This document shows, in pieces, positions 27,856 through 41,122 of a stretch of 64,000 bases of DNA. This DNA is from Octopus sinensis (lineage: Eukaryota). How positions within the stretch are numbered: position 1 is the stretch's first letter; every line of letters begins with the position of its first letter. The DNA lies in the NCBI RefSeq assembly GCF_006345805.1, contig NC_043014.1, forward strand, positions 30,132,001-30,196,000, given 5' to 3'. The notes under the pieces are model-generated. The model was given only the letters and a program-made list of their open reading frames with translations. It did not search any database and was not told the origin of the DNA. Made by a program: the position numbers and the translations under genes.

Positions 27856-28419
27856 ACAAACACACAGTATGCTTGACAGAAATGAGGTATTTCAGTGACT
27901 AGGCTAAACAATAAATAGTAACATTATAAGATGCCACAGTTAACAACCAGGCCACAAAAAAAGAATGTGAGCAGTTGAAAGTCTGAACACATAAGGGGAG
28001 GTAAGTCTAAACTATAGAAACTAACAAAAATTTTATCAAAGTGAAATTTGGAGAGTTTCCTTTTTAAAAGATAAATAAGAATAACAAAATAATACAAAAA
28101 AAAATTATCTGTGTGACAAAACCAATAATATCACATAGAGTAATTCATGACAATATCAATCACTGACATCATTATTACTATCATTCTCCTCACCATTGTT
28201 GTAACAGCTATTGTTATTAAGACCAAGATAAGATCTATGATTAATTCATTCCAGGCTTGACAAATCTATTCCTTCCTTACACAGTATATCAAGGACTACA
28301 TTATTCAATGTATCCTGTGTTTAAGAAATGACTGAAATACCTTCGGTCATGGATGTATGTGACCAGGGCTGATTTGGGGTCAAATAACAACTACACTTTG
28401 ATTAGATTTATTTCTTAAT

Positions 28420-28935
28420 CTTTTCTTTTACATTTTACTTCTGTCAGTCATCAGATTGCAGCCATGCTGGAGCACCACCTGAAAGAATTTTGAATCAACC
28501 CCAGGACTTAGTTGTTGTTAATTCTGGTACTTATTCTATCTCTTTCTACCAAACTGCTAAGTTGCAGGGACGTAAACACACCAACACTGGTTGTCAAGTG
28601 ATGGTGGATGATATACGCACACACACACACACACACACATTCACATGCATGCACACACACACATACACATGCATGCACACACACACATACACATGCATGC
28701 ACACATACACATACACATGCATGCACACACATACATACATGCATGCATGCACACACACAACTATATATACAATGGTGCTTCTTTCAGTTTCCACCTACCA
28801 AAGCCATCCAAGAGGCTTTGGTCAGCCTGAGGATATAGTAGAAGATACCTTACCAAGGTGCTACATAGTGGGACTGAACCTGGAACCATGTGGTTGAGAA
28901 GCAAGCTTCCTCCCACACAGCCATGCCTGCACCTA
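28420..28935 (-). mobile_element. SINE family A, diverged, with expanded CA/CATG centre
   Basis: Both halves recognisable. Confidence 0.8.
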
Positions 28936-29314
28936 TAAATTGCAACACTTAAATTGCAGGAACAGTCAACATATGGCTTCTAGTAAGCTATTTGAACAAT
29001 CCATGGTTTATATTTAAAAGCATTTTGAGAAGCCCATACATCTAAACCTCTGGTCATCCTCTCAGGCGGTGCAAAATTCCACTGCAACTTTTGTGCAACC
29101 ATTGCATAGCACAAGAACAGACACACATGAATATAGACCTTGTACTGGCTGCGCAGTAAGAAGCTTGCTTTGCAACTACATGATTTGGGGCTCAGTTCCA
29201 CAGCATTGCACCTTGGGCAAGTGTCTTCTGCTATAGCTTTAGGCCAACCAAAGCCTTATAATTGGATTTGGTAGATGGAAACTGAAAGAAGCCTGTCATG
29301 TTTTTTCTTTTCTT

Positions 29315-29527
29315 TCTTTTTACTTGTTTCAGTCATTTGACTGTGGCCATGCTGGAGCACCGCCTTTAGTCGAGCAAATCAACCCCAGGAATTATTCTTT
29401 ATAAGCCTAGTACTTATTCTATCGGTCTCTTTTGCTGAACCGCTAAGTGACGGGGACGTAAACACACCAGCATCGGTTGTCAAGCAATGCTAGGGGGACA
29501 AACACAGACACACAAACACGCACATAG

Positions 29528-29558
<31 letters not shown>

Positions 29559-29725
29559 TACGACAGGCTTCTTTCAGTTTCCGTCTACCAAATCCACTCA
29601 CAAGGCATTGGTCGGCCCGGGACTATAGCAGAAGACACTTGTCCAAGGTGCCACGCAGTGGGACTGAACCCGGAACCATGTGGTTGGTTAGCAAGCTACT
29701 TACCACACAGCCACTCCTGCGCCTA
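29315..29725 (-). mobile_element. SINE family A, full length, low divergence
   Basis: Close to the other young copies. Confidence 0.88.
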
Positions 29726-29954
29726 TGTATATGTGATGTGTATATAAGTGCGTGTGATTGTGTGTGTGTGTGTGTGTGCGCACGTGTGTCCATGTCCTAC
29801 CCATCACTTGACAACTGGGGCTGGTGTGTTCCAATCCCTGTAACTTGACAGTTTGGCAAAAAGACACCGACAGAATAAGTATCAGGCTTAACAAAATCTA
29901 AGTACTGGAGTCAATTCATTTGAAAACACAAACATACTAACACACACACACATA

Positions 29955-30590
29955 GGCGCAGGAGTGGCTGTGTGGTAAGTAGCTTGCCACACATGGTTCT
30001 AGGTTCAGTCCTACTGCATTAGCTTGGGGAAGTGTCTTCTTATTTCTTTATTGCCCACAAGGGCTAAACATAGAGGGGACAAACAAGGACGGACAAAAGG
30101 ATTAAGTCGATTACATCGACCCTAGTATGTAACTGGTACTTAATTTATTGACCCCAAAAGGATGAAAGGCAAAGTCGACCTCAGCAGAATTTGAACTCAG
30201 AACATAGCAGCAGACGAAATACCGCTAAGCATTTTGTCCAGCATGCTAACATTTCTGCCAGCTCACCGCTGGCAGAAGTGTCTTCTATCATAGCCTCAGG
30301 CTGACCAAAGCCTTATGAATGGATTTGGTTGACAGAAACTGAAAGAAGCCCATCGTGTGTGTGTGTGCACACGCATCTATATGTTTGTGTGTCTGTGTAC
30401 CTCCCCCCCGCCATCGCTTGACAACTGCTGTTGGGGTGCTTACATCCTTGTAACTTAGAGGTTTGGCAAAAGAGACCAGTAAGATAAGTACTAGGTTTAC
30501 AAAGAATAAGTCCTGGAGTCGATTTGTTTGACTAAAGGTTGTGCTCCAGGATTGCCAATCAAATGACTGAAATAAATAAAAGAAAAAAAG
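29955..30590 (+). mobile_element. SINE family A interrupted by a family B SINE (30043-30270, minus strand)
   Basis: The head breaks at aagtgtcttct and resumes with aagtgtcttctatcatagcc after the insert. Confidence 0.8.
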
Positions 30591-30756
30591 AATATATATA
30601 CATATACACATACACATATACATATGTACACACACACACATACACACAATCTGTAATAATAAGGTAAAACCAAATGATGAAATTTTGAAAGTATTTGATA
30701 TCTGTGTTTCAGATGTGCATAATAGGAAAACCTTCAGTTTGTACATTTCAAAATAC

Positions 30757-30795
<39 letters not shown>

Positions 30796-30808
30796 TATAT
30801 ATATATGG

Positions 30809-31353
30809 TATGTCCCATGATGACAGTGTATTTCGTCATCCCCATGGGACTGGTCTGAACTGCGTAACTTCGACGACCAACACTACTGACTGTGTCAGTC
30901 CACTATTTATTATCTTTTCGTTCCACACAGAACCGTAATTTTTTTTTTTTTCAAAATACCGGCAGGTAGTACTAAGCCTAACATTATTACTGGTAGCACT
31001 ACTACACATAGCAACCTTACTTATAAATCCTTCAGATGGACTTATTATTATTTTTTCGTTCCACACAAAACCCCAATATTTTTTTTTCAAAATGCCCGCA
31101 GGTAGTACCAAGTCTAACAATATTACTGGTAGCAGTACTACATATAGTGACCTGAACTTACAAATCCTTTGAACGGACTTATTATTTTTTTGTTCCTATA
31201 TTATTGTATAAACTTGATATGTCCCAGTCGCAATATTGCCCAAACCCTCATCACTACTGATATGTCCCATGATGACGGATTTCATTGTCTCTATGGGATT
31301 GATCTGAACAGCATACCTTTGCTGACCGACACTACTGACTGTGTCAGTCCACT
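30809..31353. repeat. Composite A-B-B-A repeat (A about 95 bp, B about 135 bp)
   Basis: A units at 30809-30904 and 31261-31353; B units at about 30905-31045 and 31045-31190. Confidence 0.8.
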
Positions 31354-31435
31354 TCTTATTCATAGAGAACCAGCCCACATCTCGCCTGGGGGCGTCTGCC
31401 ACAATATATATACAGTATATATATACATATATATA

Positions 31436-31467
<32 letters not shown>

Positions 31468-31479
31468 TATTTATATATC

Positions 31480-31807
31480 ATTTATTTATTTATGCACCCA
31501 TTTCAAGCCTAGCCAGGCTCATGGGCCCGGTTTTCCGGTTTCTGTGGTATGTGTTCCCCCCAGCTTGATGGGACGCCAGTCCATCGCAGCATTACTAAAG
31601 AAACAGGAAGAGAGAGTGAGAGAGAAGTTGGGGCAAAAGAGTACAACAGGGTCCACCACCACCCTGCCAGAGCCTCATGGAGCTTTAGGTGTTTTCACTC
31701 AATAACACACCCACAACGCCGGTCTGGAATCGAAGCCATGATCCTTCGACTGTGAGTCTGCTGCCATAACCGCTGGATCATTGTGCCTCCATATATATAT
31801 ATATATT

Positions 31808-31848
<41 letters not shown>

Positions 31849-32159
31849 CATTTATTTATTTATGCACCCATTTCAAGCCTAGCCAGGCTCATGGGCCGGT
31901 TTTCCGGTTTCTGTGGTATGTGTTCCCCCCAGCTTGATGGGACGCCAGTCCATCGCAGCATTACTAAAGAAACAGGAAGAGAGAGTGAGAGAAAGTTGGG
32001 GCAAAAGAGTACAACAGGGGTCACCACCACCCCCTGCCAGAGCCTCATGGAGCTTTAGGTGTTTTCACTCAATAAACACACACAACGCCCGGTCTGGGAA
32101 TCGAAGCCATGATCCTTCGACTGTGAGTCTGCTGCCATAACCGCTGGATCATTGTGCCT

Positions 32160-32161
<2 letters not shown>
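31480..32161 (-). mobile_element. Tandem pair of near-identical tRNA-derived SINEs separated by a TA tract
   Basis: Head rc TGGAGGCACAATGATCCAGCGGTTATGGCAGC, related to the head at 61897; copies at about 31480-31791 and 31845-32161. Confidence 0.88.
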
Positions 32162-32220
<59 letters not shown>

Positions 32221-32250
32221 ATATGTATGTATATATATATATATGTATAT

Positions 32251-33006
32251 ATAAAGAAATATGATCATAGAACAAACATCAAATTCGAGTCAATAACTTT
32301 ATAATTAAAACACCATGCCTCAAACAGTTAATCACACATAGATATTACCATGGTTCCTAAACATAAAAATATACATATATATAAAAATATAGAAGGTAAA
32401 AATATATATGCGAATAAAATACAAATATATAGAACAGCCTATCAAAAAAGTAAATATAAATTACTAAAAATTCATAAAAGTTCCAAAGTGTGTCATGCTA
32501 CCTCAAAACTGATAAACTAAGATAAATTATCATATCAAATGACTAAAATTATTTTTTTAAAGTTTTTTTTTACTCCCCTCACACAAAAGTATGTCCAAAA
32601 AGTTCAATACTTAAAACCATAGTAGGTTAAAGTCCATGAGCAAAAGGAGTTCCACAAGGTCAATTCAAACACAGGGGAGTAAAAAAAAACTTTTTAAAAA
32701 TATTTTTAGTCGTTTGATATGATAATTTATTTTATCTTAGTTTATCAGTTTTGTTGTAGCATAACACGCATAACACGCTTTAGAATTTTTATCAATTTTT
32801 AGTTGTTTATATTTACTTTTTTGATAGGCTGTTCTATATATTTGTATTTTATTCACATACCTTCTGTGTTTTTATATATATGTATATTTTTATATGTTTA
32901 GGAACCATGGCAATATTTATATGTGATTAAATGTTTGAGGTATGGTGTTATATATAAAGTCGTTGACTCGAAAATGATGTTTGTTCTATGATCAATGTTT
33001 CTTTAT
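32251..33006. repeat. Long inverted repeat (arms 32251-32579 and 32673-33006, 93-nt spacer), probable inverted Penelope pLTR
   Basis: Arms align end to end with scattered mismatches, roughly 85% by eye; abuts the PLE ORF. Confidence 0.9.
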
Positions 33007-33109
33007 CTTTGTCTCATTTACACTTGAGCACTTCTTTTTTGCAGTCCTATAAAGCCTTTTGTTTCCATAAAAGGAGACAAATATTATTTCTTGTCATATA
33101 AATATATAT

Positions 33110-34210
33110 ATATGTGTGGGTGGGGTGTATATTAACTGACACCCAAATAGAAATTCTAAGTAAGGGACTGAAGTTTACACCCACACCACAAAGACCAAAC
33201 TTCCTTGAACTGAAAAATGACATTGCAGAATTCTGCCGAAAACTCTGGCTGGCTGAACACTCCACCAACAACTCTAATGATGAGGACGAGTCACCAGCCA
33301 GCAACAAAAGCAACTTTTACCCAAATAAAGGGTTAAATAAAGCACTAGACACCTACTGTGAATACATTATGAACTTCCCCTTTTCAAAAATTGAACATAG
33401 AAATACTAAATCAAAGTTTACAAAGCATGAATGGAAGAACCTACAGGACTTACAATAAGATACAGATGCAACTATCAAAGAAGTAAATAAAGGGAGCATT
33501 GTCATTATCATGGACACAAATTACTATAAAGACCTAGCACTCACAATGCTAGAGGACAACAACTACAAAGAATAAAAAATAATGGAAAACCTCACAACTC
33601 TTTTAAAGAAGTATAACAAAGGCTTAACCAGCAAAGAAATTGACTACGTAGGCTATTTCAAATGCAAAACAAGCAACTTTTATGGTTTACCAATATCTAA
33701 AATTGAGATCAACCATAGCAGGCTTGGTATGTGAAACACACAGACTCAACAACTTCTTGGACATCTTCCTAAAACCCTCCCTAAAACATATACAGAGCTA
33801 CGTACAAGATGACCTAGACATGCTAAATCATCTGCCAAAAACGGTAAGTAGACATACAATTTTTACTTCATTCGATGTTGTCAACCTATACACTAACATT
33901 CTCAATGATTATAGAATAACTACAATACAATACTGGTTAGACACTCACCAATCTGAACTTCCAGCATGCATAGAAAAGGAACTTATCATTGATGGGCTCA
34001 GATTTATACTTGAAAACAACTTTTTTACTTTCAATGGTTCAGATTACTGCTAAACACATCAGGAACAGCAATGGGTATGAAAGTATCCTCTACAAACACC
34101 AACTTAGTCATGGGATTTCATGAACAAAAAATTTACAACTAATCTTTTCTAATATTTGGTCACACATTCCATACACAACTCAGAAACAGTTAGTAAAAAT
34201 ACCTGGATGA
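33110..34210 (+). mobile_element. Penelope-like element RT pseudogene
   Basis: LSKGLKFTPTP, degraded ADKG..IVIMD, SFDVVNLYTNI, GTAMG and a DD motif at about 34205; stops and frameshifts. Confidence 0.85.
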
Positions 34211-34500
34211 TTGCGTTATCTTCATCATCATTTAATGTTGATTGTCCATGCTGGTATGGGTTGGACGGTTTGAGTGGGCTGGCATGCTGGAAGGCTGCAC
34301 CAGGATCCAGTCTCATTTGGCATAGTTTTTACAGCTGGATGTCCTTCCTAACACCAACCATTCCATGAGTGTAATGAGTGCTTTTACATGCCACCAGCAT
34401 GGGTGTCATTTGCGTGACACCAATATCTGCTATGACAGCAATTTTGCTCAGCTTGATGGTCTTCTTCTCAAGCATGACATAATACCAAAGGTCTTGGTCA

Positions 34501-34884
34501 TTGCCTTCATGAGGCCCAACAGTCAAAGGGAGTGCAGCCACTTGCCTCCATGAGGCCCAACACTTGAAAGGAACTCAGCCACCCCACATCCGTGAGGCCC
34601 ATTCAAAAGGAACTCAGCCACCTCACCTTCATAAGGCCCAACACTCAAAAGGAACTCAACTACTTTTCTTCCATGAGGCCCAGGAGCTCAGCCACTTTGC
34701 CTCCATGAGCCCCAATGCTTGAAAGGAACTCAGCTACCTTGCTTCCATGGGTCCCAACACTCGAAAGGAACTCAGCCACCTCACCTCCATGAGGCCCAAC
34801 ACTTGAAAGGAACTCCTTCACCTTGCCTCCATGAGGCCCAGGAGCTTGGCCACTTTGCCTCCATGAGGTACAACATTCAAAAGG

Positions 34885-34888
<4 letters not shown>
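34501..34888. repeat. Minisatellite, unit about 41 bp (cttgcctccatgaggcccaacacttgaaaggaactcagccac), about 10 degenerate copies
   Basis: Direct reading. Confidence 0.88.
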
Positions 34889-34937
<49 letters not shown>

Positions 34938-35042
34938 AATTAATTAATAAGGGTGAGAGAATTAGATACTAATTTAATAGCATATCTATTCAACACCAAG
35001 TGGCCCAGTGCTCCGAGAAACCAGGATTATTATAATATTTTG

Positions 35043-35077
<35 letters not shown>

Positions 35078-35703
35078 TAATCCAAACAAGAAAGCACAAA
35101 AAAACACAACAACGCGAGGATGTGGAACAAATATAGTATTATTGGACGTTCAGGAAAGAAGGAGGGTTTAACGTTTCGGGCAGAGCTCTTCGTTGGAAAC
35201 ATAGGAGAAGGAAAGATCCAGAGAAGGGAAGACAGAGGAAAAAAAATCGCCAATGTATGCGCAGGTCATATACACACACACATACACACACACACACATA
35301 CATACATACAGAAACTGTCCAAAGCCTAATCTAAGAAGCTCTACTTTAAGATATTACAAAGACAAACTTAACTGTCAATGTTCAACTGGGACTTCAACTT
35401 TCTAACTTCATCACACAGGTATTTCTAATGTGAATGTGAAAATTTTGAACTTTCAGACTTTACAGTTTTAAGGAACTGAATTTAAATGACACTCACCAGA
35501 ACACCACCACCCTCTGTAACCTTTGTCCTGTTGCCAAACTCTTGACATTTCTTAAGTGTTATTGTCTTGATAATGTCATAACTGAGACACTAAGAGAAGG
35601 TCCTTTCTATTGCTTAGCAATCCATTTATCCTTTATCTTACATACACTCACTCTCTGTACTTCTTTTCTCCTTCCTTTTGTAGAACTATCAGTAAAATTA
35701 CAT

Positions 35704-35753
<50 letters not shown>

Positions 35754-36971
35754 ACACTGTGTTTATGTTAGTGTGTGCACATGTGTGTATTTGCGTATGT
35801 ATAAGTTTATGAGGTTGTGCATGTGTAAGAATATGTGTAGAATTATCAGATTACGTATATATCTGTTATGTGAAAAGTGTGTGTGTGTGTGTGTGTGAAA
35901 GAGAGAGAGACAGACAGATAGACAGACAGAGGGCTGCAGTTATAAGGTCATCCCTGGTGTTACATTGTTGTAAACATCTAAGTATTTTACTTTTCAGTTG
36001 TTAAGTGTGTGAGCAACTATGAATATGTATCAGTCGCTGTGTGTGTATATGTGTGAGAATGTGTGTGTGTATGTGTTATCTATCAATGTCTCTCAGCTAA
36101 CTTTATTCATGAGTGAAAGAAGTAATAATAATCTATGGCAGATAAATGACAAGAGTGTCATTGCTCTTAGTAGACCACCCCTGAAGGTTCCACTCAGCCT
36201 AAAACTGCACCTCATTATAAAAGAGTTGCTGTTTTTAAAACACACCACTTCTCTCATTCCAACTACCACCACCACTAACAACAACAACAACAACAACAAC
36301 AATTTGTGCAGCTATAGAAATTTGCAGATTCATTCAACCCGTGTTATTATAGAAAACAACTACAAGAATATCAAATATATGTGTATATTTATATACATAC
36401 ATATACACATATATTTATCTATGGATAAGAGTGGATGATGTACTTAATTGTATTGACTCATATATCGTTGATATTTATTTATAGAACCTAAAATAATGAC
36501 TTCAAATTTTGGCACAAGACCAGTAATTTCAGGGGAGGAGGCTAGTCAATTACTTCAACCCCTGTGTGCAACTGGTACTTATTTTACCAACCCCGAAAAG
36601 ATTAAAGGCAAAGTCGACCTCTGTGGAAAAAATTAATCTGTCATGAGTAACAAGTGAAGTCTAAAATTTCAAAAAGAACACATCATTTGAGATATAGTGG
36701 TAAATACATACATACATATATATCATCATCATCATCATCATCGTTTAACGTCCGTTTTCCATGCTAGCATGGGTTGGACGGTTCAACTGGGGTCTGGGAA
36801 GCGAGAAGGCTGCGCCAGGCCCAATCTGATCTGGCAGTGTTTCTACAGCTGGATGCCCTTCCTAACGCCAACCACTCTGAGAGTGTAGTGGGTGCTTTTT
36901 ATGTGCCACCTGCACAGGTGCCAGACGGAGGCTGGCAAATGGCCACGATCAGATGGTGCTTTTTACGTGCC

Positions 36972-37012
<41 letters not shown>

Positions 37013-37029
37013 TGCATACATGACTACAT

Positions 37030-37988
37030 GTATATATACATTTCGCTTAGGCATTGTGAGACTAATAACTTGGTGTAGAACTCAATATACATAAGCTTCC
37101 GAATGAAGCATTAGTCGAGTACAAAGTGGTAATATGCAAATGTCTGGCAAACAGTTTGACCAGGAAGAATAAATACTCTGTGGACAATTTCTTTTGCATT
37201 GATGAAATATATCAGCATCGTCTTGACATTGGACTTCATTTGACACGTTTTTGTGGGTTATGGTGACATTGAATGCTTCCATGGACTTGATTGCTGTGTT
37301 GTTTCCAGCTCATAGCCATAGCACCAGCTTTCATCACCAGTGATGTCCTTTGAAAAAATCTCTGGATCAACTTCCAACTGTTCTTTTAGTTCACAACACG
37401 CATTCAGTCGTGACTGCTTTTGATCTTCCATGTGCAAGTGAGGCACCAATTCTGCTGTAACTCTTTTCATTCGCAATTCCTCGCTCAAAATTCATAGACA
37501 GGAGCTCCAGGGCACACCAATTATGTCAACAAGTTCATCAATTGTTTGGCAATGGTCCTCCCAAATCAGTTCATGAGTTTTTGTTTGGGAGGCCGATGGT
37601 CACCCTGAATGAAGTTAGTCTTCAAGCAACAAGTGACAATTCCTAAAGAGTGAAAACCACTCATAATCTTGTATTTTGCTTATGGCAGCGTCCTTGTAAG
37701 CTGTTTGAGGTTTGACAACTGTTTCAGTTGCTGTTTTCCCTGGCAGAAGACAGATTTTCACAGAAGCATGCTGTTCCTTCATTTCAGCCATCGCAAAAAT
37801 CGACCAGCAGTGGAGAAGCACTACAAAACAAAGATGCATCACATGGCAATATGACCCCACACAACAACGCTAGTCAGCAGACTGATACCTCAGGGTTGCA
37901 TCAAGTGGCTTCTAGTGGTGGAAGCCTGAACTAGGTACAAATGGCTTGTCCCACAGAGAATATTTTCCACTTACTTTTGAGTACCCCA
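37030..37988 (-). mobile_element. Mariner-like transposon remnant
   Basis: MAEMKEQHASVKIC...GKTATET N-terminal HTH and ITGDESWCYGYE.ET.QQSS.WK motif; TIR-like GGGGTACTCAAAAGT near 37988. Confidence 0.82.
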
Positions 37989-38437
37989 TCCCATATATAG
38001 TTTAGAAATTCACTTCATAACAAAGTACTTTTTGGTTCAACCCAACTGTGTAGCAACATGGTCAAGAATCTTCTATTATATTCCAGATTAACCAATGCAT
38101 TGTGAGTGAATTTGGATCAATGGAAATTGTGCAGAAGCCTGTTTTATGTGTGTGTGTGTGTGTGTGTGTGTGTATGCATATGTGTATGTATATATTTTTA
38201 TGTGTATGTATGCATTTGTCATTGTAGTTGTCTCTTACTGTTTGTCAAAGGTAATTGCTTACATCTCAATAACTAAGGAGTTCAGCAAAAAGAGTCAGAT
38301 ACAATAAGTATCAGACCTAAAAATAAGTAACAGAATTGATTTGATCAATTAAACATTTCAAAGCATTGCCCCAACATGGTATCACAGCTCAATGATTGAA
38401 AAACAAGAATGTGTGTGTGCATGTCTGAGAATATATA

Positions 38438-38474
<37 letters not shown>

Positions 38475-39469
38475 TACATATATATAACATCATCATCATC
38501 ATTTAACGTCCACTTTCCATGCTAACATGGGTTGGATGATTTGACTGAGGACTGGCAAACCAGATGGCTGCACCAGACTCCAATCTGATCTGGCAGAGTT
38601 TCTACAGCTGGATGCCCTTCCTAATGCCAACCACTCCAAGAGTGTAGTTGGAGCTTTTATGTGCTACCAGCACGGGGGCCAGTAAGGCGATGCTGGTAAT
38701 GGTCACACTCGAATGGGAGATAGGATAAGTGAGGAAAAAAACAGGAGGGGGAGATATAAACAAAACAAAAAATGGAACAAGAATGTAGTTAGACGATACA
38801 AAAAAGGACAGGAAAAAAACAAGGTCAGGTCAATCAGAGCAACCAAATTACTTTCATCATCATCATCATTACTATCACCATCATCATTGTCATCACAACA
38901 TTTAATGTCCATTTTCTGTGCCAATGTGGGTTGGACAGTTTGATAGGATCACAAGCCAGAGGGCTGTGCCAAGCTCTGCTGTCTGCATTAGCATGGTCTC
39001 TATGGCTGGGTGTCCTTCCTAACACCAACCACTTTACAGAGTGTACTGAGTGTTTTTTACGTGGCACAAACACTTACAAGGTCACCAAGTAACTTGCAAG
39101 AGAAAGATTCCTCAACTGAGAAGGAGAATGGTATTGATGGAGGTGGTTTTGTGCCAGTTGACAACCAGGTGAAGTACAATAGAGGGATAGAAACACACAC
39201 ACAAACACGCAGATAGATAGATAGAATAGATAGATAGAGACAGACAGACAGACAGACAGATATAGACATATACATATATACACACATACATACACACATA
39301 TATACTCACACATATACATAGAGACACACACATATACATACACATGTGTACAGACTGCCTCAAACAGTTCTGATTAATCCATGCTAGCACAGAAAATAAT
39401 GATTTTGGTGGTTATGATAAAATGTAAATGTGTGTGAGTGTGTGTGTGTGTATTTGTGTGTGTGTGTCT

Positions 39470-39556
<87 letters not shown>

Positions 39557-39669
39557 ATGTGTGAATGTATGCATGCACAGGCATACAGTCCATTCATATA
39601 TAGACACATCACTTTAAACATTTCATCTCTCTGCAAATGTTAGAAATCTCTTCCTCACAACAGATAACT

Positions 39670-40015
39670 GTGAAGGCACATGGCTCAGTGGTTAGAGCGT
39701 TGAGCTTACGATCATGAGGTTGTGAGCTCGAATCCCGGTCCGGGCTGCGTGTTGTGTTCTTGAGCAAAGCACTTTATTTTTCACGTTGCTCCAGTTCACT
39801 CAGCTGTAGAAATGTGTTGCGACGTCACTGGTGCCAAGCTGTATCGACCTTTGTCTTTCCCTAGGATAACACTGGTGGCGTGGAGAGGGGAGGCTGGTAC
39901 GCATGGGCGACTGCTGGTCTTCCATAAACAACCTTGCCCGGACTTGTGTCTAGGAGGGTAACTTTCTAGGTGCAATCCCATGGTCATTCATGACCGAAGG
40001 GGGTCTTTACCCTTT
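39670..40015 (+). mobile_element. tRNA-derived SINE (family C) with 13-bp TSD
   Basis: TSD acaacagataact at 39657-39669 and 40016-40028; head ggcacatggctcagtggttagagcg...gctcgaatcccgg; (CTTTAC)n tail. Confidence 0.9.
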
Positions 40016-40099
40016 ACAACAGATAACTATTCCACTTTGTGTCTTGTACTTTAATTTTTGCTGATGCAGACCATCACTAGTTTCCACATATCCTATGGT

Positions 40100-40560
40100 T
40101 TTATTTTGATACTTAGTACCAAAATCTCCAATTTCTGCCATTCTTCTGACTTAGAATGACTTCTTTACTGAACTTTATGCAAAGTACATCCAACATTTTT
40201 TTAATAACTTCTATTTTTTTCAGTGGTAGAGGAAAGATATTTCAAAGAGACCTGATATGTATATTATGTAATAATGAATTGTGGGGACCAGACAAATGAC
40301 CTCACAGTGGCATTTTCTTTTATGAGAGTTAGGCCCTGGTATAAAGGAGCTGTCAAAGCCTCACTGTAATAGTGGGGATTCACAGTATCATCTAAAGAGT
40401 TAACTATGGTAACATTGGTCTTAAAGGTAATCTTAAGATCAAGGGAACTAAGTGTGTGAATTACATCTTCCCTAAGCATATCTAGGGTGTGCCCATTTGT
40501 GCTTCTAGAGATGGTTAAAGCTTCATTTCCATATAGACCAAAATGGACTGACTAGCAATA
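40100..40560 (-). mobile_element. Penelope-like RT remnant
   Basis: NVTIVNSLDDTVN..YY....APLY resembles the PLE V.FLDVT...Y.PY.KP..P.Y motif. Confidence 0.5.
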
Positions 40561-40822
40561 ACCAACAACTACATAATGTGTATGTGTGTGTGTGTGTGTG
40601 TGCGTGTGTGCATGTGTGTGTGTGTACGTGCATGCGTGCGCGTGTGTATATAGGAAGAGTGTGACAAATATACAGACAGACAGAGATTATTTAGCTATTC
40701 AGATATCTAAACAAAAGATTAACACTTCTAAGAAGTAGTACTTGAGAGATATATTTCAGAGTGGCAGGTGAAATAGGGAGGGTAACATTGAATACAGTGT
40801 GTATGGGTGTGTGTGCGTGTGC

Positions 40823-40853
<31 letters not shown>

Positions 40854-40854
40854 T

Positions 40855-40916
<62 letters not shown>

Positions 40917-41063
40917 GCAATTTAAAATATCTGGGAATCAAATATATATTTCTTCAATAGTTTACATGAGATTTGATAAAAACTAGATATGTAACCCTTG
41001 ATCTTATATTACAAATTTTGTAAATCATTGCCTCATATCTGATGTCAGCATGAGTATGCTTGT

Positions 41064-41122
<59 letters not shown>

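Noticed and set aside
30809-34888. CRISPR-like or repeat-spacer interpretation of the repeat arrays
   Set aside because: The context is eukaryotic, the units are tandem without unique spacers, and there are no cas genes.
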